Assembly (NCBI GenBank): GCA_963828125.1
Contig: CAWHDP010000002.1
Location: 1,024,001 to 1,088,000, forward strand
From: an uncultured Chlamydiae bacterium
GTDB lineage: Bacteria > Chlamydiota > Chlamydiia > Chlamydiales > SM23-39
DNA: 64,000 nucleotides
Direction: 5' to 3'
The position numbers were made by a program, and so were the translations under genes. The notes under the pieces were generated by a model. It saw only the letters and a program-made list of their open reading frames with translations, was not told the DNA's origin and did not search any database. The stretch's first letter is position 1. Each line of letters begins with the position of its first letter. This document shows, piece after piece, positions 28,768 to 39,223 of this stretch.

Positions 28768-31700
28768 TCAAATCCAATTACAGATTGGGTAGGATCGAGG
28801 AAAGGGCGTACATCGGACGCCTCGCGAAGGATCCGGGGGAGCGGTTTGATCCCCCCCCCCTTTTTGGTAGAGCCGGCCTTGGAAAAGATCGAAATAGATC
28901 GACCCGTCGCGAGATGAAAAGTAGGGAAATTGCGGGCTTGCGTCCCATTGGACAGGTTGAAATGAGGGATTCAGCCTTTGCATGACTTGATTGAGGATTT
29001 CATCTCGATGCGATCCGTTGAGAAGTCGCTCTAGAGGAGCGCGGAGGTGAATGAGACGCATTTTTGCAACAGCCTCTTTTTCATTGGGGTAGTCAGGATT
29101 GAGGTAGGGACCTCGGCTCCCCTGTTTTTCTTTTTCTGGCCACTGAACAGTTTGAAGGCGGCTTGTAGCCTCTAAAAGATCGACAGCCCCTTGTACGTTT
29201 AAAGTCTCAGGAGTCTGCATTAAAATGAGATCGAGATAGAGAAAGAGCTCATCTGCGGGAGGATGCATTTTACTATCAATGAGAGATCGGAGCCGCTCCG
29301 CCGGGCGAATGGCCGAAGGGCTATAGTTAAAAAAGTCGGGCAGATGGGCGCAGTACCGTTGGAATTTGTCTGTGATTTCAAGGTAAAATGCGGCAGTCCT
29401 TGAACGTCCGAGTTCAGTATAAACGCGAACCCCGTTTTGACAAAACTCTTCGAAATAGGAGATGAATTTTTTGGCTTCTTGAGGGTGATTCAAAAAGAAG
29501 TCGAGAAGGAGCGGAGGTTCAAAGAAAAGCGCCTTAAAGAGCGCTTGCTCTTCAGGACGCTCGAGCAGGTGTGAGTTTTTTTGATAATAGGCGACCGTCT
29601 CTCTGATTTGAAGCGCCGGATCTGCACTGAGCGCCAATTTTTCACGCATTGATTGCAGGGGCATCTGAAGCCCCAAAGATTGACGCGTCCCCAGCCGCTC
29701 CAACTGAGACGTTGGAAATTCGAGTACTCTGACAGAAGGGGAAAGGCGGTGACGAAAATGCGATTGACTCCACTGCTGTCTGTTGATCTGCCGTGTCCGG
29801 TAAAGAGGTTCTTTATCAGGTGAGAGGCCATCTTGGCTTAGAGCTAAGCCGTGGTTGAGTTCGACATTCCAGATGGTGCCATATCCGTCATCATTACTCA
29901 ATATCGCCGGCTGCAGCCTGGAGCGGACATCTGTCCCGAAGACACTCCTGGAGGACTGCCACATCGTGTATGGATCCTGATAAGGTCCCACCGACACGGA
30001 TGAGCTCCGAGAAACAATTCCGAGTTCCCGCTGCGGAGGCTGATTCCATGAGAAAAAAACGGGACTCCCCATCACAAAATCGACACAGAAAGAGAGATCG
30101 AAGAGATCGGTAAAAGCTTGTGGTAGGATAGGAGGGCGCTTCAGTCCCTGCATCGAACGATTTTCATCCTCATCATGCAGCAAAATATGCGCCTGAACGG
30201 TCAGAGGCTTGGAGGCTAGATCGGGATCAAGGGCTATTTGCCGTTGGATTTCCGGCTTTTGGATATACTCCTTCATCCACTTCAGATCGGGCCAAACGAT
30301 GTTTAGCCATTCGCTGTCCGCGCCGGAATTTGCATATCCTAGGAGATCTTTCTCGCTCTCAAAAATGGCTCTTGAACCTTGGTGGTATGTCATGCTGGCG
30401 GGAAGGTATTCAAAGCCAAAAAAAGAGAGTTCTCCCTTTCTTGTCTCGAACGGTTCGACCTCTCTCCAATAATTTCTCAGTAAGCGGACATCTTCGTCAA
30501 GCCGAGGGTCAAAGAGGTGATTGGATCCCGATCTCCCTTCTAATATGAGATTCATCGCTTTCTGATAAAGATTGGGGAGGATCAGCCCCCCTTGCCCCTC
30601 AAAGGCGGAACTCAGCGCGTGGCCGAGCGTTAACAGTTTAATGGATGCAAGAGCTGCACGAGGCAAAACGGGAAAAAGGGGACCGAACAACTCATCCACC
30701 TTTCGCATCATCAATCCGTTAAAGATAAAATCTTTGCCGATCTCGCCGAGTTGATGGAGCAAGAGAGAGGCCTCCTTTGGATTCAGAACGGCGATGAGCT
30801 CCCCTCTTCTTTGGAATGGGATATGCTCAATCCATTGGAGGATGGCTTCGCTCACAAGTTCGTAATTTTGATTTTCATTTCCTTTTGCAAAACGGGCGCG
30901 CCAGGAGAGCGTCTCTCTTAAAAAAGTTTCAGGGCGGAAACCTGTCCCGATCTCCGAGAGGAGATCGAGCTTTTTTCCCCACATCCTTCCTTTCTCAGGG
31001 AGACTCTTCAGCATAGGCATTCTCACTTCAGATCGGAAAGGGACGCTCTCCAAAGAGCTTGAGTCCCCCACCGTAGGCTCTTCAAAAAGAGCCTTACCGA
31101 CCTCCTGCTGAATACGCCCCCACTCTTCCCTCGAGACGATCCCCCTTTCAAAGGCGCTCTGCGCATTCCGCGCCAGTTGCTGTCCGCTTTTTCTAATTAA
31201 CTTCAGATTGACCTCTGAGTGAAGATCGGCCTCTTTAGCAAAATCGGCAAAAGCCTTTGTTTGGAGTTCGATCTGGAACCGATCAAACAATGTGGGGGCA
31301 AATTCTTGCATCCAGTGCGCAAGGGAGAGGTAGGTGCAAAATCCGACCGAGACTGTTTTCGACATATTTTCGAGAATCGGCTCTTGCGATACCGGTTTTC
31401 CCTCTAAATGTGAGCGTAGGGCTTCATAAACCTCCACCCCCCTCCACTCTCCATAAGGAGCCTCCTTACCCATCATGCAAAGCGCTTTGCAGAAGGGGAA
31501 GCTAGCGATCCGCTCTGCGGAAATATCCTGAATTTCAGAAAAGCGAGAGTGGTATTCTTGATTTTCGAATACTGCATTTTCATGATATTCAAGTCCCTGC
31601 CCACTGTTATAAATGCGTAAACTAAAGAGATGGTTCTGCTGTCTCAAAAATTCAAGAACGATTGCATGCCCGCTTCCTTGATTCGTCCATCCGGCTTGAA

Positions 31701-33084
31701 AGAAAAAACGGCCCCCTTGTTTGAGACAAGAGAGCTCTTTTTGCAAAAGTTGCACCAGCTCCTCCGGCCCCCCATTCAAAGCTCGGTCGAATTGACCCGC
31801 TACACGAAACTGGGCCAAAATTGCCTCATAGGCCTCCGGATCCTCAGCGAGCGATTTTCTCTGCTCCAGAGCAGCAACGATAAAGTCTCTCATCCCGCCT
31901 GAGCGATATCCCTCTAACCCCGACCCTCCAGAAAAAGAGTCTCCAAGAATATGAGCAACAAGCTTCCCATCGACTGGGAGCGGCGGCGTTTCAAGCCATT
32001 TTTGCATTGGACGCTTGATTTGACTGAGAGGTGTGGCGGCAGGATTTGGAGCGGCAGCGAGCGGAGATGAGAAGAAAGCCCCTCTAAAATCTATCGCTGG
32101 AGGATGGGATATTAAAGAGTTCCGATAACGGTGCATGGCCTGAACCGGATCGATGGGAGAAGAGGCTTTTCGGCATTGATCTAAAATGGGGCGGGTATTT
32201 GGATACCTTTGCGTGAATCGGAAAAATTCCTCATCGCTCATTTTTTGCAAGACATTCAATTTCTCCCCGACCACCTTCCCCACAAAAGCAGATTCCCGCT
32301 CCTGTTTTTGGCTTAAAAGGATCGGTTTATGTCTTCTGATTTCCCGACTAAAAACAGACTGCATCGGCTCTTTTTTAATGAAATCGATCGCTTGCGAACC
32401 TAGCTGCATAGCGCAAAAGACCCCATTCCAAAACCGTTTGGTCCAGTCGCTCATTCCACCATCAGGTTTACCCTGCGCCGCTCTGATTTTTTCCACCTTT
32501 CTTTGGTAAATCAATTTTTTAGACAAATCGAGTTTAGAGCGGATTGGGGGAAATTTGGCTAAAGAAGAGATGAGGGAGCGGGCCTGATTGAAGAACTGAT
32601 CCCGTAAATGATTTTTTTGCTGCTCCACGGAAGGGAAAAGAGTCTGAATGGGATGGCGGATCGTATCGATGAATTCCTGGATAAGTCCCGGACTTTGGAA
32701 TTCCTCTAATGAAGGAAGCTCCCCAACCCACTTCAGAAATTTTTTAATTTCGTGGCCACTTTTGCCGTGTGACTGGATAATCGCTCTAGCTAGGGGCAAG
32801 TAAGTGTCTAAAGCATCTCTAATCGCAATGAGATCGAGCAGATAGCCATGGAGCTCCTCGGCAGTGACCGCTTTTTTTTTGGCCTCCTGGATCGCCTTCA
32901 CAACATGGGAGAAAAGGGGCTTGAGCTTTGTAGCGTCTAATGCAGATATGTCCCCCATTTTCAACGACTTGATTTGTTTGTGGAGCCCCAGAAGATCCCT
33001 CTCGCAGCTCTCCCTTATAGGGACAAGCGGACCTGCTGAATTAGCTCGATGCAAACAATATATTTTAGATAAATCAACCGTCAT
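28768..33084 (-). CDS. N-terminal part of the same giant protein (frameshift at G10 tract 28851-28860)
   Basis: Deleting one G reads KGGGIKPLPRILREASD...KIRVFLESGEALII straight into the downstream ORF. Confidence 0.75.
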   Translation of the reverse strand: MTVDLSKIYCLHRANSAGPLVPIRESCERDLLGLHKQIKSLKMGDISALDATKLKPLFSHVVKAIQEAKKKAVTAEELHGYLLDLIAIRDALDTYLPLARAIIQSHGKSGHEIKKFLKWVGELPSLEEFQSPGLIQEFIDTIRHPIQTLFPSVEQQKNHLRDQFFNQARSLISSLAKFPPIRSKLDLSKKLIYQRKVEKIRAAQGKPDGGMSDWTKRFWNGVFCAMQLGSQAIDFIKKEPMQSVFSREIRRHKPILLSQKQERESAFVGKVVGEKLNVLQKMSDEEFFRFTQRYPNTRPILDQCRKASSPIDPVQAMHRYRNSLISHPPAIDFRGAFFSSPLAAAPNPAATPLSQIKRPMQKWLETPPLPVDGKLVAHILGDSFSGGSGLEGYRSGGMRDFIVAALEQRKSLAEDPEAYEAILAQFRVAGQFDRALNGGPEELVQLLQKELSCLKQGGRFFFQAGWTNQGSGHAIVLEFLRQQNHLFSLRIYNSGQGLEYHENAVFENQEYHSRFSEIQDISAERIASFPFCKALCMMGKEAPYGEWRGVEVYEALRSHLEGKPVSQEPILENMSKTVSVGFCTYLSLAHWMQEFAPTLFDRFQIELQTKAFADFAKEADLHSEVNLKLIRKSGQQLARNAQSAFERGIVSREEWGRIQQEVGKALFEEPTVGDSSSLESVPFRSEVRMPMLKSLPEKGRMWGKKLDLLSEIGTGFRPETFLRETLSWRARFAKGNENQNYELVSEAILQWIEHIPFQRRGELIAVLNPKEASLLLHQLGEIGKDFIFNGLMMRKVDELFGPLFPVLPRAALASIKLLTLGHALSSAFEGQGGLILPNLYQKAMNLILEGRSGSNHLFDPRLDEDVRLLRNYWREVEPFETRKGELSFFGFEYLPASMTYHQGSRAIFESEKDLLGYANSGADSEWLNIVWPDLKWMKEYIQKPEIQRQIALDPDLASKPLTVQAHILLHDEDENRSMQGLKRPPILPQAFTDLFDLSFCVDFVMGSPVFFSWNQPPQRELGIVSRSSSVSVGPYQDPYTMWQSSRSVFGTDVRSRLQPAILSNDDGYGTIWNVELNHGLALSQDGLSPDKEPLYRTRQINRQQWSQSHFRHRLSPSVRVLEFPTSQLERLGTRQSLGLQMPLQSMREKLALSADPALQIRETVAYYQKNSHLLERPEEQALFKALFFEPPLLLDFFLNHPQEAKKFISYFEEFCQNGVRVYTELGRSRTAAFYLEITDKFQRYCAHLPDFFNYSPSAIRPAERLRSLIDSKMHPPADELFLYLDLILMQTPETLNVQGAVDLLEATSRLQTVQWPEKEKQGSRGPYLNPDYPNEKEAVAKMRLIHLRAPLERLLNGSHRDEILNQVMQRLNPSFQPVQWDASPQFPYFSSRDGSIYFDLFQGRLYQKGGGDQTAPPDPSRGVRCTPFPRSYPICNWI

Positions 33085-33151
33085 AACATTAAAACTTAAT
33101 TTTACGGTAGATTGTATCTACTAACTAATTATAAGTACACTTTTTTTAGAT

Positions 33152-34063
33152 TTAATTTCTTCGCGCTCCCTTATCTCTTAAAAACTGTTGAAGGCGGGTC
33201 ACTTTTTCAAACCAATAAGGGATGTAAATTTTACTGAAATTCCAGTCGCCCTTCTTGAACTCTCCCATCTTCTTTCGCAACAACTCCTCCGTCGCCTCTT
33301 CCCAAGCGCGTACAACGACCACCGGCAACCCCTCATAAAGAGGATTGAGCGTTGAATGAAGAACAATGGGATAACATCCCATATAAAGCGCTTCCCAAGT
33401 GCGATGACAGTCAAGACCACTGCCTGGAGGGCTGACAACGAAACTGGATCTAGACAGATCAACGAGATATTCCTCAAAAGTTTTTGGGACGGAATGCTCC
33501 GCCCAAGGCATTTTAGAAAAATAATCTAAACAAGGCTCTCTTTGTTTTGGATTCGTATCGATATTGAAATTCACATATGCCAATATATCGCGATCCCTCG
33601 GCTGGGCTTTAAGTGGACCCGAAGTCCAAAAGGTATTCGACAAGCCGATCGGTATCGGAATGAGCCGCTCTGTGGCTTGACAATCGATATTTTGCATGAA
33701 CCATGCCGCTAATTTTTTATACTCAAGTAATTTTGTAAAATTACCTGGAAGAGGGCCATCGGAATAATTTTCCACATTAGGCGTGATCAAAATAAAAGGG
33801 TGCTGAATCTCATGGGCTATTTCCTGAAATTGTTTCAACAATTGGTATTCGACAAAGATCGTATCGCCTCTTTGGATTTGCTCCGGACCGAATCCTTCGT
33901 CTTCAGTCAAGCGCCAATCACAAAAAAAACGCCACGTATCGCCTGTTATATAAGGATAGCTCGAGCGCCTTTCTACACTAAAACGGGAAAAACAGAGAAA
34001 AAAAAAGGGGGTCATTTCTTTATGCCGATTTGGGATACAAATCAAATGCGAATTCTTTTTCAT
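33152..34063 (-). CDS. Exostosin/GT47-like glycosyltransferase-domain protein
   Basis: SSFVVSPPGSGLDCHRTWEALYMGCYPIV, PIPIGL. Confidence 0.6.
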   Translation of the reverse strand: MKKNSHLICIPNRHKEMTPFFFLCFSRFSVERRSSYPYITGDTWRFFCDWRLTEDEGFGPEQIQRGDTIFVEYQLLKQFQEIAHEIQHPFILITPNVENYSDGPLPGNFTKLLEYKKLAAWFMQNIDCQATERLIPIPIGLSNTFWTSGPLKAQPRDRDILAYVNFNIDTNPKQREPCLDYFSKMPWAEHSVPKTFEEYLVDLSRSSFVVSPPGSGLDCHRTWEALYMGCYPIVLHSTLNPLYEGLPVVVVRAWEEATEELLRKKMGEFKKGDWNFSKIYIPYWFEKVTRLQQFLRDKGARRN

Positions 34064-34133
34064 TTTGGTTGACGTCCTATACTCGAGGCTCTCATAGCGG
34101 TGTATAATATTTTTGAGTTGAGATGTCCAGAGT

Positions 34134-36491
34134 TCAAAAATCGATTCCGCAGAATAAGCTGACGAAATAGGACTGATAGGAGGAGTTCGCCATAACCTCC
34201 CCTGAAAAACCGCCGTAGGGATAGGCGCTGTTTCTCGGGAAGAAAGAGAGGCTTAAATTTGCGGCGGCCAAATTTTCAAGCTTCGTACTTCCCACTAGAA
34301 CGGAGAAATGAGACGCCGAGCCGACAAATGCAGTGGTCGCGCTGTCAAGATGAAAAGGGGCCTGGTTGACGTAGCTCAATTTTTCTTCGACACAGAAGTT
34401 TCCCCATCCATATTGAATCCGCTCATAAAAGCGGAGCCCCGCCTCCGATTGCAATAGAGACCCGTACAAATTTCCTATCTGCAGATTAAAACCGGAGGCT
34501 CCAGATTCGGTGTAAGAGTACTGCCAGCCGTTCACCCAATCGAATGAAAAAAACGGCTCAACGGCACAAGTCCCCTTTGGGTCGATAGCCCAAGGGATGG
34601 CAAGTTCGAGGTGGGGCGATAAAATCCAACCGTGGGTTTTCCCCCTCGATGTAAGGATCGGAAGGGTGTGGCGGGTATTCGAAAATTGGTATAACCCTCC
34701 CCAAAGGGCCGCATTGAGTTTAAAATGATTGGCGTAATAGGCGCCATAAAAACAGAGCATCTCTTCTCGGATGTTTCCATGACCCAACCTCTCCGCATAG
34801 TGAATGGCGTTATAGGCGTATCCCAAAGACGCTCCGACCATGTAGTTGGAGCTCTGATGATCGTAGGCCAAGAGGACTCCGCCGATCTGATTTTTGTAGC
34901 TCGGCGCCGCCCCTTGAGCCGAAATGTGGACGTAGTCGCCGAACGGAGCGATCCAAATCGAATTTTTTCGAAAGGGCAAGGGATCTTTTGTGTTGTTAAG
35001 GGCAGCGCTGGGACTCGAGGAGGGATCTCGTTCATTGCAAACCAGATTGCCTCCATCTTGCGAAAAGCTGACCAAGGCAGTTTCCTCCGCACTCCTTTGC
35101 TTCCAAATTCTATTTTGTGCGATGAATCTAGCGCCTAAAGCGTAACTGGCTGCCAGCTGTGTATAGAACGTACTGGAAAAAGGGCCGACTGCCCGAGGCG
35201 TGGCCGCGGTTGCAAATCCAGAGGCCAGAGCCGCGCTATTGATCATATTTTCACCCGACACGTCCAAAAGAGTAAGAGTCCCATTCGGAGCTACGAGGGC
35301 CGCATAACCGGCAGAGCCTTGAATCCCTCCGATCAGTCCAACCCCCGCTGCATTGATCGAAACAACATTGATCGCACCCGCTATAGATTCCGAGAAGAGG
35401 GCGCTTATATTGCCATCGGGTTGAACGAGGGCCGCGTAGAGATCGAATCCGTTTTGTCCACCGATCAAACCCATTCCTGCATCGTTTAGCGCAGTGCTGT
35501 TGACGACTCCTGAAAAAGGGCTCTCAAAAAGGGGGGTCACGATCCCATCCGATGCGGCGTATCCAGCATAAACATTCCCAGCGCCGTCTGCCCCGCCAAT
35601 TAACCCCGCGCCTGAGTTATTCATCGCAACCCCCAGAATATATGCGCTAGCGGGCAAGGGGCTAAGAACCAAAGACGGACTCCCATTGGCCGCGACAAAT
35701 GCCGCATATGGAGCCGATTCGCCGTGATATCCTCCGACAATTCCATTGCCCTGATTATTGATTGCAACGCTGGCTATATTGCCTGGAAAATCTGAAGGGA
35801 TATCGGAAATTTGAGTGACCGTTCCATCGGAGGCCACATAAGCCGCATACGCATTCGCGCCGCCCCCTGCTCCCCCAATTAAGCCGATTTCATCATGATT
35901 CAGTGCGACACAAACCACTGAATCAGGAGAGGCTGGGAGAGAGAGAGGAGTCACCGTTCCATCTGGAGCCACGAGTGCGGCATAGGCGCCAAATTCATTG
36001 CTTCCGCTGATCAGACCATTGCCTGTTTGATTAATGGCTGTATCCGCAATAGAACCGCCTAAAAAAGAGGCCGAAAGAGGGATGAGCCCTCCAGTAGGCA
36101 GCACGATGACAGCATAGCCGTTTCCATCGCCCTGGCCTCCGATCAAAGCCCAAGCGGAGTCGTTGATCGCAACCGCCTCAATGACAGCGCCTTCTGGCAA
36201 GCCGGAAATGGGAAAGAGATGGCCGTTGGAAAAGACAAATGCCGCATATGCGGCCCCAGTCATCGTACCTCCCCCGACAATCCCTATAGGGAGATCAGCG
36301 TGAAGGGCTACCCCGCTTCCGATCAAACCAGCCGCAATGAGAAGCGTCATGGTCTTGGCTTGACTCAGGAAATAGCGCCTTTTCATAACTACGATCCTAA
36401 CGAAATAAGGCTGATGGTATGCAAACACCTTTTGCAAACACGAAGAGAGGGTAAAAATGCATACAACACACCACTTCACCGAAGTCCGCAT
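34134..36491 (-). CDS. Autotransporter with repetitive Gly/Ala-rich passenger (start likely ~36386)
   Basis: Signal peptide-like segment, 8 repeats of GLIGG..YAAxVxxDG, beta-barrel C-terminus (IWIAPFG, SEAGLRF) ending in Phe. Confidence 0.8.
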   Translation of the reverse strand: MRTSVKWCVVCIFTLSSCLQKVFAYHQPYFVRIVVMKRRYFLSQAKTMTLLIAAGLIGSGVALHADLPIGIVGGGTMTGAAYAAFVFSNGHLFPISGLPEGAVIEAVAINDSAWALIGGQGDGNGYAVIVLPTGGLIPLSASFLGGSIADTAINQTGNGLISGSNEFGAYAALVAPDGTVTPLSLPASPDSVVCVALNHDEIGLIGGAGGGANAYAAYVASDGTVTQISDIPSDFPGNIASVAINNQGNGIVGGYHGESAPYAAFVAANGSPSLVLSPLPASAYILGVAMNNSGAGLIGGADGAGNVYAGYAASDGIVTPLFESPFSGVVNSTALNDAGMGLIGGQNGFDLYAALVQPDGNISALFSESIAGAINVVSINAAGVGLIGGIQGSAGYAALVAPNGTLTLLDVSGENMINSAALASGFATAATPRAVGPFSSTFYTQLAASYALGARFIAQNRIWKQRSAEETALVSFSQDGGNLVCNERDPSSSPSAALNNTKDPLPFRKNSIWIAPFGDYVHISAQGAAPSYKNQIGGVLLAYDHQSSNYMVGASLGYAYNAIHYAERLGHGNIREEMLCFYGAYYANHFKLNAALWGGLYQFSNTRHTLPILTSRGKTHGWILSPHLELAIPWAIDPKGTCAVEPFFSFDWVNGWQYSYTESGASGFNLQIGNLYGSLLQSEAGLRFYERIQYGWGNFCVEEKLSYVNQAPFHLDSATTAFVGSASHFSVLVGSTKLENLAAANLSLSFFPRNSAYPYGGFSGEVMANSSYQSYFVSLFCGIDF

Positions 36492-36496
36492 CCAGG

Positions 36497-37660
36497 TTAG
36501 AAATCAAATTGTCCCTTCATTGTAAGCCCCTGTAGCCCCAGATTTCCATCTTCTCTCACTTCAGAAACAAACGTGCTGCCGCTGCCATCTCCAATGATGG
36601 AGATCAGCGTCTGAGACGTTTCATTTTGTTGAAACCATTCCATGAATTCATATCCGGCGCTGAAGTTTAAGGCATATTCATTGTTTTTGAAGAAGGCGTG
36701 CCATTCAAGTCCAAGAAAAGTTTGTAGGTTAGCGCGAATCCTATTCATCTCCTTCTCTTTGAAATTGCTATACGATAAAGGGGTCCCGTTTTCAGACGTT
36801 TGTTGATATCCTTGAATGGTTTGACCGACATCAAACTTGCCATAGAGGAGAGCCGCCGAAATTTGGCCCAAAACACTCCACTGGCTGGCAAAATGCCAGT
36901 GGAGATCGCTGCCAGCCATCAGTCCAATACCTTTGAAATCGTTGTCTGCTTTAAAACGAGTAGGCAATTGCGCAAAGCCGCTGACAAGAGGCCAAACTCC
37001 CATGTAATTTGCATGAATATCTTGATTGATCCACGCAGCCTTCAATCCTGCAAAAGGACGGACAGAAAATTTTTTTGTGGCGAAGCACTGCCTTCCAAGC
37101 TGCAAGTCGATCGTATTGTAATGGAGCCACCAATGTTCGGCGGCAGCCGACGTCCTCGCTCCCAAAAACGGATGCCATATAGGTGCATAATAGCGATTGG
37201 GATCAAAGGCATCGCTAAAATGGCCATGTGAATGATCCGATTTGCTATAGAAATAGGTCCAATTCAGGTAGAGATCCCATCGATCCATATTGCCAAAGAG
37301 ATATCCGATCCCGGCGCGCGCGCCGGAACTCCACGTTCCATTGACCGAAAAGGTCTTCGAGAGAGAAGAGGAAGAGGGGATGAATCCCCCTCCATGCGTG
37401 CTCACGACGTCAACCTCTCTGGCATATTCCAACCCATCCTCATAAGCGCTCCAGAAAAGATAGTCAGCCGACACGAAAAAACCGCCCCCTCTTTTTGCTA
37501 AAAGATTCGGGGGCTTTTCCTGCGCAGTATTTTTTCGGCATGTACGCGCTGGATCTTCGTAAGCCTCAAAGCAGTTGCAGCTCAAGATGAGCGCAACCAT
37601 CACTAACAGCTTGGAGATTTGTTTCATCGTTTTAACGGAGAAGATCCGTCTCCCTTGCAC
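36497..37660 (-). CDS. Lpg1974-family / MOMP-like outer membrane porin
   Basis: VSADYLFW, YNTIDLQLGR, RPFAGLK, GYEFMEWFQQN, GNLGLQGLTMKGQFDF. Confidence 0.8.
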   Translation of the reverse strand: MQGRRIFSVKTMKQISKLLVMVALILSCNCFEAYEDPARTCRKNTAQEKPPNLLAKRGGGFFVSADYLFWSAYEDGLEYAREVDVVSTHGGGFIPSSSSLSKTFSVNGTWSSGARAGIGYLFGNMDRWDLYLNWTYFYSKSDHSHGHFSDAFDPNRYYAPIWHPFLGARTSAAAEHWWLHYNTIDLQLGRQCFATKKFSVRPFAGLKAAWINQDIHANYMGVWPLVSGFAQLPTRFKADNDFKGIGLMAGSDLHWHFASQWSVLGQISAALLYGKFDVGQTIQGYQQTSENGTPLSYSNFKEKEMNRIRANLQTFLGLEWHAFFKNNEYALNFSAGYEFMEWFQQNETSQTLISIIGDGSGSTFVSEVREDGNLGLQGLTMKGQFDF

Positions 37661-37743
37661 ACATTGTTTTTAGACACTATAACCGGACTTCGATCCAGTG
37701 TAAATGAATTCCTTAAAACAGGGAAGTATAAAAATACTACGAA

Positions 37744-37920
37744 ATGGGCTCAGGCAACGTATTTGCTGATTTGGGCCTTGCAAATCCCGAAGAAGCTCTA
37801 GCAAAAACACAGCTTGTTTGGAAAATTGCTAAGATCATCAAGAAGCGTAAACTGACTCAAAAACGCGTTGCCGCAATCCTCAAATCTGAAAGAATTCCAC
37901 ATATTTCTGTTTCATCTTGA
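37744..37920 (+). pseudogene. Truncated XRE/HigA-type antitoxin, paralog of 59006-59392
   Basis: Manual translation MGSGNVFADLGLANPEEALAKTQLVWKIAKIIKKRKLTQ..., then internal deletion and stop. Confidence 0.7.
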
Positions 37921-38373
37921 GGCTTATACTCTGATCCGTGTTGCAGTATCCTTCCCTTTTTATTCCACTTTCGACGTCCTTTATCAGGCAATGCAACCCC
38001 TACAACAAGAGCGAGCTTCCAGCTTTTCGCGGGTGAAGGAGGGTAAATGAAGGATCTAGATTCATCTACTAGCCAATACATTAATGCGTCTCATTGGACT
38101 CATTAAAATCAATCTGCAAACATGCAAATGCATGTTTACGGCCATTTTTTAGGCATATCAAAACCGGCTGCAAATCAACTTTTCCCGATTTACGGCCTAA
38201 TTTTTAAGGGGAATAATGATCTGAAAATGTCTTTTTACGGACACCTCCTCTCAAGCAAAACTATATTTGGGGAAACAGCTGCTCCCATATTTTCAACATT
38301 GCAATTTAAAAAAATCTGATTGATATTTAGATGGTTGGAATTGAAACTAGGACAAGGGGTTAAGGAGTAAATC

Positions 38374-39084
38374 GTGATGCAGAAATTGAAAACAGTGATT
38401 ATTGGAGGGAGCTCAGGAATGGGTCTCGCCTCTGCAAAAATGTTGCATTCCATTGGGCATGAAATAGTTATTGCTAGTCGATCGAAAGAGAAGCTGGAAA
38501 AAGCAGTCAAAGCAATAGGTAGGGCAGAGAGCCATGTGCTGGATGTCACAAAAGAAAAAGATGTTGCTCAATTTTTTGAAAAAGTTGGCCCTTTTGATCA
38601 TCTGGTAACGTCCGCAGCAAGTTTTGCAATGGGGCCCTTTTTAAAAATGCCTCTCAGTGACGCCAAATACTTTTTTGATAGCAAATTTTGGGGACAATAC
38701 ATGGCGGCAAAGATTGGCGCACCCCATATACGCAGGGGAGGTTCAGTTACATTTTTTTGCGGGGTTGCTGGTCAAAAGCCTTTCATGAATTTTGCTGCCG
38801 GAAGTGCCATTAACGCCGCCATTGAAGGTTTAACCCGTGCGCTGGCTCTTGAATTATCTCCTCTTCGAGTGAATGCGATCTCCCCTGGCACAGTTGTCAC
38901 ACCGGTTTGGGATGAGCTTCCTGAAAAAGAACGTCTAGCAGAATTTGAGGAGACAGCTAAACGTTTGCCGGCTAAAAGAATAGGACAACCAGAAGACATT
39001 GCTGAAGCGGTGCGTTATTTAATTCAGTGCGGATATGCGACCGGGTCTATTGTTTACGTCGATGGGGGAACTCGTATTGTATGA
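38374..39084 (+). CDS. SDR family oxidoreductase
   Basis: IIGGSSGMG, DHLVTSA, RVNAISPG, VDGG. Confidence 0.9.
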   Translation: MMQKLKTVIIGGSSGMGLASAKMLHSIGHEIVIASRSKEKLEKAVKAIGRAESHVLDVTKEKDVAQFFEKVGPFDHLVTSAASFAMGPFLKMPLSDAKYFFDSKFWGQYMAAKIGAPHIRRGGSVTFFCGVAGQKPFMNFAAGSAINAAIEGLTRALALELSPLRVNAISPGTVVTPVWDELPEKERLAEFEETAKRLPAKRIGQPEDIAEAVRYLIQCGYATGSIVYVDGGTRIV

Positions 39085-39115
39085 TTTTACCGCCATTTTC
39101 TGCCCCAGCAGGGTT

Positions 39116-39223
39116 TAAAGGATCGGGAACTGCAAAAACGATTTTCATGCTGAACATGGAGGACGTAAGATTCCCGTGTTCAATATCAATTGGAATATTT
39201 GCATCACTAACGAGCAGCTGCAT
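39116..39223 (-). pseudogene. N-terminal fragment of PIN-like nuclease
   Basis: MQLLVSDANIPIDIEHGNL...FAVPD overlaps the stop of the XRE-IrrE gene, then runs into the convergent SDR gene. Confidence 0.5.
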
